64,000 bases of DNA, taken from positions 240,564 to 304,563 of the forward strand of contig CAYSUJ010000001.1 in assembly GCA_964434285.1 (NCBI GenBank), in the 5' to 3' direction. Under the pieces are notes generated by a model. It was not told the origin of the DNA and searched no databases. It saw only the letters and a list, made by a program, of their open reading frames with translations. The translations under genes and the position numbers were made by a program. The DNA is from an uncultured Candidatus Saccharibacteria bacterium (GTDB lineage Bacteria; Patescibacteriota; Minisyncoccia; Phycocordibacterales; UBA2100). This document shows positions 56,089-64,000 of the stretch, piece by piece. Positions within the stretch are counted from its first letter, which is position 1. Each line of letters begins with the position of its first letter.

Positions 56089-56901
56089 TCACTCGGTAAG
56101 CCCAAGTCGGTAAATATCGAACGAGTGTTCGCCCTCGAACATATCTGAAGGATTCGGAAGAAACACCTTCCGGCGAGCCAGATCGTTCGTGGCGTCAGTG
56201 ATGAGTCGCCTGAAGATGACGAATTCTTCCGCACACTGCGAGAAATCGATCACATATTTCCGCATCTGGCTTTTTCCATCAGCATTCTTCCGCTTTTTGC
56301 ATTCGTGCAAAATAAACTTCCCCACCGGTTTCCCAAACTGCGCCTGAACGGTGTAGTAGTTGAACATCGCCTGCACGATAAAGAGTGTTTTTGAGGCGCC
56401 CATGCCGCTAAAAGAATCAACAAACTTGTGGTCGACAATATCAATCTCTTTTGCATTCGTCTTTGAGCGCACCACAAGGTCTGAAACAGCCTTGAGAGGG
56501 AGCGGAAGCCCGGGAACTTTTGTCATTGCCTTAACTTCAACACCGAGTACGTCGTAACGCGGAGGTCGCGCCAAGTAGAATCCAATCGCCTGGAGGTATT
56601 CACGCTCCATACTCGCCCGCTTTTCTTTCTGCGCCTTCTTAGTCTTCGCAACGCCAAAATTAACCTCGAAATCACCCACGTTCCGCAGGTTCTCAAGCCC
56701 CAGCTCAATCGCACCCTCTTTCGCGATGCCGCCATAAAAGTGCTGGAGTGCCACATGCGCTGCTCGACCCACAATTCCCGCAGGCGAGGACGGTGTGTCG
56801 TATACATGCTCCACATACCGCTTGTACCACGCGAGCGGGTTGCGCAAATACGCCATAAGGGAGGAGTGGCTCCAATAGGATATCGGCAGCTTACGCATCA
56901 T
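56089..56901 (-). CDS. PD-(D/E)XK nuclease superfamily protein (RecB/AddB C-terminal-like)
   Basis: WSHSSL..Y..NP, GRAAHVALQ, E, DL, IVDHK motifs. Confidence 0.75.
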   Translation of the reverse strand: MMRKLPISYWSHSSLMAYLRNPLAWYKRYVEHVYDTPSSPAGIVGRAAHVALQHFYGGIAKEGAIELGLENLRNVGDFEVNFGVAKTKKAQKEKRASMEREYLQAIGFYLARPPRYDVLGVEVKAMTKVPGLPLPLKAVSDLVVRSKTNAKEIDIVDHKFVDSFSGMGASKTLFIVQAMFNYYTVQAQFGKPVGKFILHECKKRKNADGKSQMRKYVIDFSQCAEEFVIFRRLITDATNDLARRKVFLPNPSDMFEGEHSFDIYRLGLTE

Positions 56902-56974
56902 GGCGGCAGTATACCAATTGAGAAACTCATAAATATATGTAATGGTAGGCGAAGTCAGCATCAGGGAGAGACCC

Positions 56975-57226
56975 ATGGAAACAACTCGCATAATCCGGTA
57001 CAGAGACGCCCTCCTGAAATACGTTCACAAGTGGGTGAATATGGCTGGCAAAGATCCCGAGAAGCGGCGAAAAGGGACCACGTGCCTGCTCGAGGACCTT
57101 GATTTCGCACTACAGCATTGCGAAGTTGGGGACCACGTGAGGGCGCGCAACGCACTTCGTGCGGCGTTCAAGGGTGCCCTTGAACTCCACATTATTCCCC
57201 GTATTGGCAGGGTCATTTTGAGGTGA
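56975..57226 (+). CDS. Small hypothetical protein
   Basis: GGGAG SD; hairpin and T tract downstream. Confidence 0.5.
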   Translation: METTRIIRYRDALLKYVHKWVNMAGKDPEKRRKGTTCLLEDLDFALQHCEVGDHVRARNALRAAFKGALELHIIPRIGRVILR

Positions 57227-57329
57227 TCACAGCGAGCGAAGAGCGGCGTGGATGTTACCTTCCATGCCGCTTCACTTTTTCCCTGGCGGGCGTATACTCA
57301 AGAGGGTTAAGTAACTGAGGGAGAATATC

Positions 57330-57611
57330 GTGAGCAGAAAGTACAAAGACTCTCAACGGCTAAATGCAGAGATGCAAATTAGGCGAGCAAAACGGTATGT
57401 CACTTTAACGCGCCGCATGTCGCGCTCGCCTCTGGCTCCCATATGCATCTGGGAGGCGCAAGCGCTCATTACGCTTGCGGTCCGCGCCTACAATCGTGGA
57501 GGGTTTCGTGATGTCAGTCGGCTGACGGCAAACGTCCGACCAGCCCTCACAAACGTAATTCCGCGATGGACAACAGTCCACGATTATATGGCTGCATCCC
57601 TGCGGGGATGA
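57330..57611 (+). CDS. Small basic hypothetical protein
   Basis: GAGGGAG SD, GTG start, terminator at about 57616-57651. Confidence 0.5.
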   Translation: MSRKYKDSQRLNAEMQIRRAKRYVTLTRRMSRSPLAPICIWEAQALITLAVRAYNRGGFRDVSRLTANVRPALTNVIPRWTTVHDYMAASLRG

Positions 57612-57771
57612 TAACTCAACCGCTTGCCCCCAGGCATGCGGTTGATTTTTTCATCGTCTTTACACTTTCTAGAAAAAGAGTAGTGTGATTAAAAATACTT
57701 GATCATCCACGGAATCCACGCACCGCAGCCCTGATCAAACTCCGGCAGATATATACTCTTGAGATTCTGAT

Positions 57772-60333
57772 ATGACATCACACACCCATAGTCCAGATTC
57801 CTGTTTCAATGAATCGCGAGTGCTGGAGACACTCAAACACTATCTTCCCTCCCAGGGCCCTTTAAAGGACTTTGTGCACCACAATAGCCTCCACGCCTTT
57901 CAAGACATGGAGTTTTATGCCGCTATTTTCAAAGCATCGAAAATATTTGGCTATAAAGTGACCTTTTCTCTGGCTGAGTATCGCAACCTGTACCGCATCA
58001 ATCGCATTCACAAGAACATCCTCGAACGCGTTATTCGCGAACATGTTGGCGACGATCATTTTCAAGTATGGCTCGAAAAGCTTATGCACGGGACTTATGG
58101 CGGAAAGCTTGATGCTCGCGCTCTGAAACTTCGACAAGGCTGGCAAGAGCAGTATCCGATAGACCTCAATAACGCTGTGCATCCGGTGTTATTCCGCATC
58201 CTGTGCAGTTACCTGGATCAGGGAGTGGCCATCACACCATTCCCTTTTGAGAACAAAGGGCTCCTCAACGCGATTCGGATACTTGAGCGTCATAGTTTTG
58301 TACACTTTTTCAGAACAAAACGAGCGCGAATACTCCTCCACGACAATGACCTTTCCCTCAAAAAACTCCTTACCATCCTCGTTGGCAAAGAGGAGTTTTT
58401 TGAAGAATATCTCTACGGGCAGCAATTTTCGCACCGCGGATGGTCAGGCATGGTTTCTACTCTTGAAAATCGTCCTGAGACCCTCTTGTATCCAAAGAAC
58501 ATAACACTCAAGGAGCTTATACTACTGGAGTGTCTATTGGAAATTGATGCACTGGACTCAGCCCTCGGCACACACTGGAAACCCTTGGGAGAGATTACCC
58601 GTCGCACGCCTACGAACATCTTTGCAGATACTGAGCCAAATGAAATCTACGAGGTTATCAAGATATGGCACGATGCTTTTGAGTGGAGTTACTACGACGA
58701 GGCATTAGCGGCCTTACTCGCCACCGCAACATCGGCGGCTGCGCCCAGAAAGAAGCATGCATCGTTCCAAGCCGTCTTCTGCATTGATGAGCGCGAGGAT
58801 TCAATCCGCCGTCACATCGAACGAGCCGACCGTTCATGCGAGACACTAGGAGCTCCAGGCTTCTTTGGCGTCGAGTTTTATTTCCACCCGGCGCACGCCA
58901 AGTTCTATGACAAACTGTGCCCTGCCCCTGTCACACCACGATACTTGATTCAAGAAATCTCCCCCACCGAAACGCATACGCCCGCACGCGAGGTTGCATA
59001 CCTCAAAGAGTCGCACACACTTTTCCGTGGCGCACTGGCTTCATATATCTTAGGCATCCCCTCGTTAGTGCGACTTCTCTATAACATCTTCTCACCGAGC
59101 ATGAGCCCCGCCATCGCAAACGCGTTCGGACACATGCATGCCGAATATGCGCTGACGATTTTGCACAAAGGAAAACGAGATGAAAAGCATGACCTCCAGA
59201 TCGGATTCACTATGAGTGAAATGGCGGATCGTGTTGAGAAGTTGCTCCGTGGCATCGGCTTGGCTAAGCATTTCTCTGATCTCGTATATTTCGTAGGCCA
59301 CGGGTCATCAAGTGCAAACAACCCACACCATGGTGCGCATGATTGCGGCGCGTGCAGCGGACGCCCGGGTTCGGTTAATGCGCGCGTTGCCGCATCAATG
59401 GCAAACGATGATTCCGTACGAGGAGAGCTTGCGAAACGTGGCCTTGTCATCCCAGCTTCAACGCGATTCGTAGGAGCGCTGCATGATACCGCGAGTGACG
59501 AGATTGAGTTCTACGATGAAAAAGACCTTCCGCCCACACACCGATCCCTCCACGCAAAGAATAAAGAAAGTTTTGAACACGCCCTCGATCTCAACGCAAA
59601 GGAGCGCTCACGGCGTTTTATGTCCATCAACACCAAGCAATCCCTCAAACAAGTGCGCAGGGCGGTTAAACAGCGATCTGTTTCCTTCTTTGAGCCGCGA
59701 CCCGAGCTTGGCCATGGCACCAACGCACTCTGCATCGTAGGCAACCGTACACTCACTCGCAATCTCTTCCTCGATCGACGCGCCTTTATGAACTCCTATG
59801 ATTACCAGACGGATCCCGACGGAACATTTCTGGCGAATGTCATCGCGCCGCTTCCAATGGTATGCGGAGGCATCAATCTTGAATACTATTTCTCGCGAAT
59901 GGACAACTCCAAACTGGGGGCAGGCACCAAATTACCACACAACGTCATGGGACTGATCGGAGTTGCGAATAGCAGCGACGGAGATCTCCGCGCCGGGCTT
60001 CCGCTCCAAATGATCGAAGTGCACGATCCCGTTAGGTTGCTCATGATTATTGAGCATGACCCCGCGGTGGTATTACGCGTGATTTCTGCATCTCCCTCGC
60101 TTTATGAGTGGTTCATCAACGCATGGATACATTTGGTAGTGCTGCACCCCGGCGAAAAAAAGCTCTATCTCTTTAAAAAAGGAGTGTTCGTTCCGTATGA
60201 ACCGTCCACCGCCGAGGTGAACATTCTCACAACAGATTTTCTTGAAATGATCGAGTCTACTGCCAAAATGAAAACGAATGACATACTCGACGCAACTCAC
60301 GAAAACATTAAGGTTCAGATTCTCCACCAGTAA
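57772..60333 (+). CDS. dabA: DUF2309 / UPF0753 inorganic carbon transporter subunit (beta-carbonic-anhydrase-like)
   Basis: FVHHNSL, FCIDERE, GHGSSSANNPH, DCGACSG, ALHDT, LEYYFS, HNVMG, GDLRAGLP. Confidence 0.93.
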   Translation: MTSHTHSPDSCFNESRVLETLKHYLPSQGPLKDFVHHNSLHAFQDMEFYAAIFKASKIFGYKVTFSLAEYRNLYRINRIHKNILERVIREHVGDDHFQVWLEKLMHGTYGGKLDARALKLRQGWQEQYPIDLNNAVHPVLFRILCSYLDQGVAITPFPFENKGLLNAIRILERHSFVHFFRTKRARILLHDNDLSLKKLLTILVGKEEFFEEYLYGQQFSHRGWSGMVSTLENRPETLLYPKNITLKELILLECLLEIDALDSALGTHWKPLGEITRRTPTNIFADTEPNEIYEVIKIWHDAFEWSYYDEALAALLATATSAAAPRKKHASFQAVFCIDEREDSIRRHIERADRSCETLGAPGFFGVEFYFHPAHAKFYDKLCPAPVTPRYLIQEISPTETHTPAREVAYLKESHTLFRGALASYILGIPSLVRLLYNIFSPSMSPAIANAFGHMHAEYALTILHKGKRDEKHDLQIGFTMSEMADRVEKLLRGIGLAKHFSDLVYFVGHGSSSANNPHHGAHDCGACSGRPGSVNARVAASMANDDSVRGELAKRGLVIPASTRFVGALHDTASDEIEFYDEKDLPPTHRSLHAKNKESFEHALDLNAKERSRRFMSINTKQSLKQVRRAVKQRSVSFFEPRPELGHGTNALCIVGNRTLTRNLFLDRRAFMNSYDYQTDPDGTFLANVIAPLPMVCGGINLEYYFSRMDNSKLGAGTKLPHNVMGLIGVANSSDGDLRAGLPLQMIEVHDPVRLLMIIEHDPAVVLRVISASPSLYEWFINAWIHLVVLHPGEKKLYLFKKGVFVPYEPSTAEVNILTTDFLEMIESTAKMKTNDILDATHENIKVQILHQ

Positions 60334-60339
60334 ACCAAT

Positions 60340-62181
60340 ATGTTGATACTGCTTTTCATTGTCCTGCCGCTTTTCGCACTCGCGCTCTGCTGCATGTTCC
60401 CCAATCGCTTGGAAAGAAGCATATCTAACACAGCAACATCGGCCATTCTTGCAGTATCGGCACTATTTGCAGGGACGCTTTTCCACTGGTGGCAAGGTGG
60501 ATTTACCCCTCTTTCCCAGAAGGGACTCACACTCTTCTCTAGCGCCCACTACGTATTTGCAGTGGATTTCTATATGGACAGCATCTCAGCTGTCTTCTTT
60601 GGAATGACGTGCATAATAACGATCCTCGTACTCCTCTTTAGCCGGTACTACATGCACCGCGATCCCGGATTCAGACGCTTCCATACGACAATCTTGTTCT
60701 TTTTTGCGGGCCTTGCCCTCATTATCTTCTCGGGAAATTTTGAAACACTGCTCATTGGGTGGGAGTGGATCGGCATCAGTTCCTTCATACTGATTGCGTT
60801 TTACCGAGATCGTTTCTTGCCCACGAAAAATGGCCTCAAGGTCTTCTCACTATACCGCTTAGGAGATGCGCTCCTTATTGTCGCGATCTGGTATGCGCAC
60901 CACCTCTTCGAAACCAACGTGCACTTTTCGCAGTTTCCATCGCTCGTAAACATGCACGGGAACGCGCTTCTTGTGCTTGGCATCCTTTTTCTGATGGTGT
61001 CCATGATAAAGTCCGCGCAATTCCCTTTCTCATATTGGCTCCCGCGCGCAATGGAGGGGCCGACCGTATCGAGCGCGATATTTTACGGCGCACTTTCAGT
61101 GCATATCGGCTTATTCCTCTTGCTTCGCACATATCCCCTCTGGGAAGGTAGCGCTGCGCTGCGCATGTCCATTATGTTTCTGGGATTCCTTACGGCACTC
61201 ATCGCAACCTCTATTACTCGTGTCCAATCGTCGATTAAAACACAGATTGCATACGCATCAGTCACCCAGATCGGCATCATGTATATGGAGCTCGCAGCCG
61301 GATTCCACTCCTTGGTACTTCTCCACTTCGTGAGTAACGCATGTCTCCGCACCTATCAGCTCCTTATTTCTCCCTCTATCGTCAGTTATCTGACCCATTA
61401 TCAAATCTACACATTCGTACCGCCGGAAAATAAAATACGCCCGGGTTTCATCGGGAAAATCCGTGCCACTCTCTTCATTCTGGGATTAAAAGAGTGGAAC
61501 ATGGACGGTGTAATGACGCGATTTCTTTGGCAACCACTCAAGCGCGTAGGACAGCGGATGCGATTCTTAGATACTGTGTGGGCAAGCGCCCTCTCCGCAA
61601 TCCTCATAATCATGGGAGTGTTTGCCATCTATGACGAAGCGCTGCCACATGCGACCCTCGACATCATCACGTGGACGAGCAGTATTCTGAGTATACTCTT
61701 TTTCATACGTGCTTACATAAGTAAAGGCACCGCACTTATGTGCTGGACCCAGATTTTTCTTGGGCAACTCTTTGCCAGCCTTTCCCTAGGCGCGCTCTCG
61801 AGCGCCGCTGCCCATACCGTCCCACTCTATCTTTCGGGCATCATACTTGCCTACCTCGTAGGCATTGCCTGTCTCCTCGTGCTGAGCCGCTCTGTAGGAT
61901 CCTACACATTGCTGGAATTCCATGGATTCATGTACACACATCCTGTACTCGGTAACATATTTCTCGTCGCCAGCCTCGCTATGATGGTATTTCCTATAAC
62001 CCCATCCTTTGTAGGTGGAGAAATTCTCCTGAGTGTTATACATACACATTACATCGCACTCGTATCGATGTTTTCGTTGGGGTATGTGTTGTCGGGAATC
62101 TCTGCACTACGACTCTTTGCAAAAGTATTCTTCGGACCCCACCAAAAGACCCACCACGAGATTGCCTACCGGTCGTCGTAA
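60340..62181 (+). CDS. dabB: NuoL/MrpA-like membrane subunit of the DAB carbon pump
   Basis: GWEWIGISSFILI, RLGD, KSAQFPFSYWLPRAMEGPT; 6 nt downstream of dabA. Confidence 0.87.
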   Translation: MLILLFIVLPLFALALCCMFPNRLERSISNTATSAILAVSALFAGTLFHWWQGGFTPLSQKGLTLFSSAHYVFAVDFYMDSISAVFFGMTCIITILVLLFSRYYMHRDPGFRRFHTTILFFFAGLALIIFSGNFETLLIGWEWIGISSFILIAFYRDRFLPTKNGLKVFSLYRLGDALLIVAIWYAHHLFETNVHFSQFPSLVNMHGNALLVLGILFLMVSMIKSAQFPFSYWLPRAMEGPTVSSAIFYGALSVHIGLFLLLRTYPLWEGSAALRMSIMFLGFLTALIATSITRVQSSIKTQIAYASVTQIGIMYMELAAGFHSLVLLHFVSNACLRTYQLLISPSIVSYLTHYQIYTFVPPENKIRPGFIGKIRATLFILGLKEWNMDGVMTRFLWQPLKRVGQRMRFLDTVWASALSAILIIMGVFAIYDEALPHATLDIITWTSSILSILFFIRAYISKGTALMCWTQIFLGQLFASLSLGALSSAAAHTVPLYLSGIILAYLVGIACLLVLSRSVGSYTLLEFHGFMYTHPVLGNIFLVASLAMMVFPITPSFVGGEILLSVIHTHYIALVSMFSLGYVLSGISALRLFAKVFFGPHQKTHHEIAYRSS

Positions 62182-62245
62182 TCAACCTAATCTACCGAAT
62201 TGCATTTACGCCACAGAAATGCTATCCTTGGCAAGGAGGTGAAGC

Positions 62246-62440
62246 ATGCAAGAAACCCTTGGAATTCTGGTTCTTGTGGCTGCCATTGTGGCAGTTATCA
62301 AGAACCCCCATCGACGCGATGCCGAGGTGGAAGAGCGGCTCAAACGCCGCGAATCGGCAGTCAGGATGAAAAGACGCCTTGGCCTTCCCCTCGACTGGGA
62401 AGACACAGCGACCATCTTCGCGCGGCAGATGCGCTTTTAG
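62246..62440 (+). CDS. Small single-TM protein
   Basis: AGGAGGT SD; hydrophobic N-terminus. Confidence 0.55.
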   Translation: MQETLGILVLVAAIVAVIKNPHRRDAEVEERLKRRESAVRMKRRLGLPLDWEDTATIFARQMRF

Positions 62441-62564
62441 AAAACAGCAGGCGGCCTCTTGGAGAGACCGCCTGCAACCTTATGCACTTCGCTATCTTGC
62501 CAGTACTCAAGAGAAGAGTAGTATGGCCGAATCCGCCAAACGCCAAACCCAAAAGGAGGGAATA

Positions 62565-63245
62565 ATGACGCGTGACGGACAAGTACTTTCGTTTGCCGTT
62601 TCAGGACTGCGGGGGACCGGAAGAACCCTGCTCTATCGCGAGCTCGAATCCGTGTTGCCGAAGGAGCCAACCCTTCGGGAATGTGAATTCGCGTTCTTGG
62701 GAAATCCGTTCGGACACCTCCCTCACCCACTTATCTGGGTTCAGGAGGGTAACCACAAAAAGCATGGACTCTCACGGCTCTTTGAGTGCTGGGGCATGCT
62801 GAACGATTTCACCGAGGACAAGTGGCTTCCGGCACTTCGTGCAGGAAAGGTGCCTATCATGGATGGTTGCGGCCTTGATGCGGTTTTGTACGCAACAGCG
62901 TGCATTGGCTGCGTCAACGACGACGAGAAGGTGATTGACTGGCATCGAGCATGGGTGCAAGACCGCTTGGTGAAGCAGGGCGTACAACCGCCTCACTACA
63001 TCATCACACGAGCCGAACCGAAGCAGATCGTCAACCATATTGCACGGCACGTGAACACGCGGCTGCATCGCAATGACATCCGCCGGTTCGTGGAAAAGGA
63101 GCGCTCGATCATTGCCGACTACTTCAAGGACGGTGGTGGTCAGCACGTTCCACACCAGCTTCCAGTATGCACTTCGGAGAAGGATATGGCTTTTAATGCC
63201 GTCGCCTCCATCCGCCGCCTCACGCACATGCGTGTGGCAGCCTGA
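62565..63245 (+). CDS. Divergent thymidylate-kinase-like P-loop protein
   Basis: AGGAGG SD; AVSGLRGTGRT P-loop variant; LPALRAGKVPIMD resembles the Tmk PALxxGxxVIxDR segment. Confidence 0.55.
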   Translation: MTRDGQVLSFAVSGLRGTGRTLLYRELESVLPKEPTLRECEFAFLGNPFGHLPHPLIWVQEGNHKKHGLSRLFECWGMLNDFTEDKWLPALRAGKVPIMDGCGLDAVLYATACIGCVNDDEKVIDWHRAWVQDRLVKQGVQPPHYIITRAEPKQIVNHIARHVNTRLHRNDIRRFVEKERSIIADYFKDGGGQHVPHQLPVCTSEKDMAFNAVASIRRLTHMRVAA

Positions 63246-63432
63246 AACACTTGAAGGCCCCGAAATGTTTTCGTGGCCTTCTTCTTTTACCTGTGAGAAT
63301 GCCAAAGGTACTGGACGCGTACATATTTTTGACACCTCAATGCTCGAAGAGTACCATATCGCGTGCTAAAGCATGTGCCCCGATCGACTCTGCTCGCAGC
63401 AGTATACCTCGCACCTGCCGTAGCTACCTTCC

Positions 63433-64000
63433 ATGGAGCTCTCGCTCGTCTCAGTCTTACTTGTTTTCGTGTTATTCGCTGTTTCTGGCGGCGCTTTTTT
63501 CCTCGCACGGAGAAGTGGCATTCCTCACACGGTGATTCTCGTCGCAATCGGTGTCCTTTTGACAGCGCTCTCACAATTTCCCCCACTCGCCTTTCTTGGA
63601 GGTCTCCATCTTACACCCGAACTTCTCTTCTACATCTTCCTCCCGACACTCATTTTTGAATCTGCATATGCCATAAGCATTCGTCGCCTTACGCAGGATG
63701 CGATTCCCGTCGCACTCCTTTCAATCGTAAGCCTCATGGTCTCCGCGCTCGCAATTGCGCTTGGACTTTACTATTTCCTGCCACTTATTGGCTTCCCCAT
63801 TCCATTCGTCGTTGCGTTCCTCTTTGGCTCACTCATTTCTGCAACCGATCCCGTCGCGGTGCTCGCGCTCTTTAAGGAGTATGGTGCTCCTCGGCGCCTC
63901 GCACTTCTTTTCGAGGGTGAAAGCCTCTTTAATGATGCGACTGGCTTTGCATTGTTCCTCATAGCGCTTGAATTCGCTCTCAAGGGCGGTTTCTCGGCGG
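63433..64000 (+). CDS. CPA1 Na+/H+ antiporter (NhaP-like), 3' truncated by window
   Basis: Hand translation: FLPTLIFESA, ISATDPVAVLALFK, FEGESLFNDATG. Confidence 0.9.
   Translation, partial: MELSLVSVLLVFVLFAVSGGAFFLARRSGIPHTVILVAIGVLLTALSQFPPLAFLGGLHLTPELLFYIFLPTLIFESAYAISIRRLTQDAIPVALLSIVSLMVSALAIALGLYYFLPLIGFPIPFVVAFLFGSLISATDPVAVLALFKEYGAPRRLALLFEGESLFNDATGFALFLIALEFALKGGFSA

Noticed and set aside
56089-56901. Cas4
   Set aside because: Lacks the four-cysteine Fe-S pattern and has no CRISPR context
60340-62181. Respiratory complex I subunit NuoL
   Set aside because: No other nuo genes are present; direct pairing with DUF2309 indicates DabB

Overview
A roughly 55% GC bacterial chromosome segment. 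Its gene content points to a CPR/Patescibacteria (Parcubacteria-like) organism, which is an inference. I see no rRNA, tRNA, CRISPR array, integrase or prophage. Recognisable blocks, in order: a sugar-utilisation cluster (ROK kinase, two clan-A glycoside hydrolases, EamA, cupin GPI) interrupted by a PaaX/Cas2-fold regulator; an ECF sigma/anti-sigma locus; a three-gene AAA ATPase operon; an ABC-2 exporter; convergent orphan purC and purM; a two-component system with a nucleotide-sugar dehydrogenase, hyaluronan-synthase-like GT2 and deacetylase operon; a complete thymidylate-cycle cluster (folA, dcd, thyA, deaminase, tmk, MazG-like, glyA); a RAYT transposase between REP-like hairpins; a cluster of secreted Gly/Asp-rich repeat proteins with peptidoglycan-binding domains; redox and Dsb genes; hisS; and a DabA/DabB inorganic-carbon pump near a CPA1 antiporter. 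The most striking signals are mostly non-coding. (1) A dispersed family of five structured intergenic elements has a conserved core, and four of them sit inside long outer stems of unrelated sequence. (2) A 38-bp palindrome occurs three times, two copies bracketing the PaaX/Cas2-like gene. (3) Many genes have a -10 box about 6 nt before the start codon, suggesting leaderless mRNAs. (4) Short arrays with 7-bp periodicity lie before several genes. (5) A candidate repeat-protein surface-fibre system has a long structured leader.
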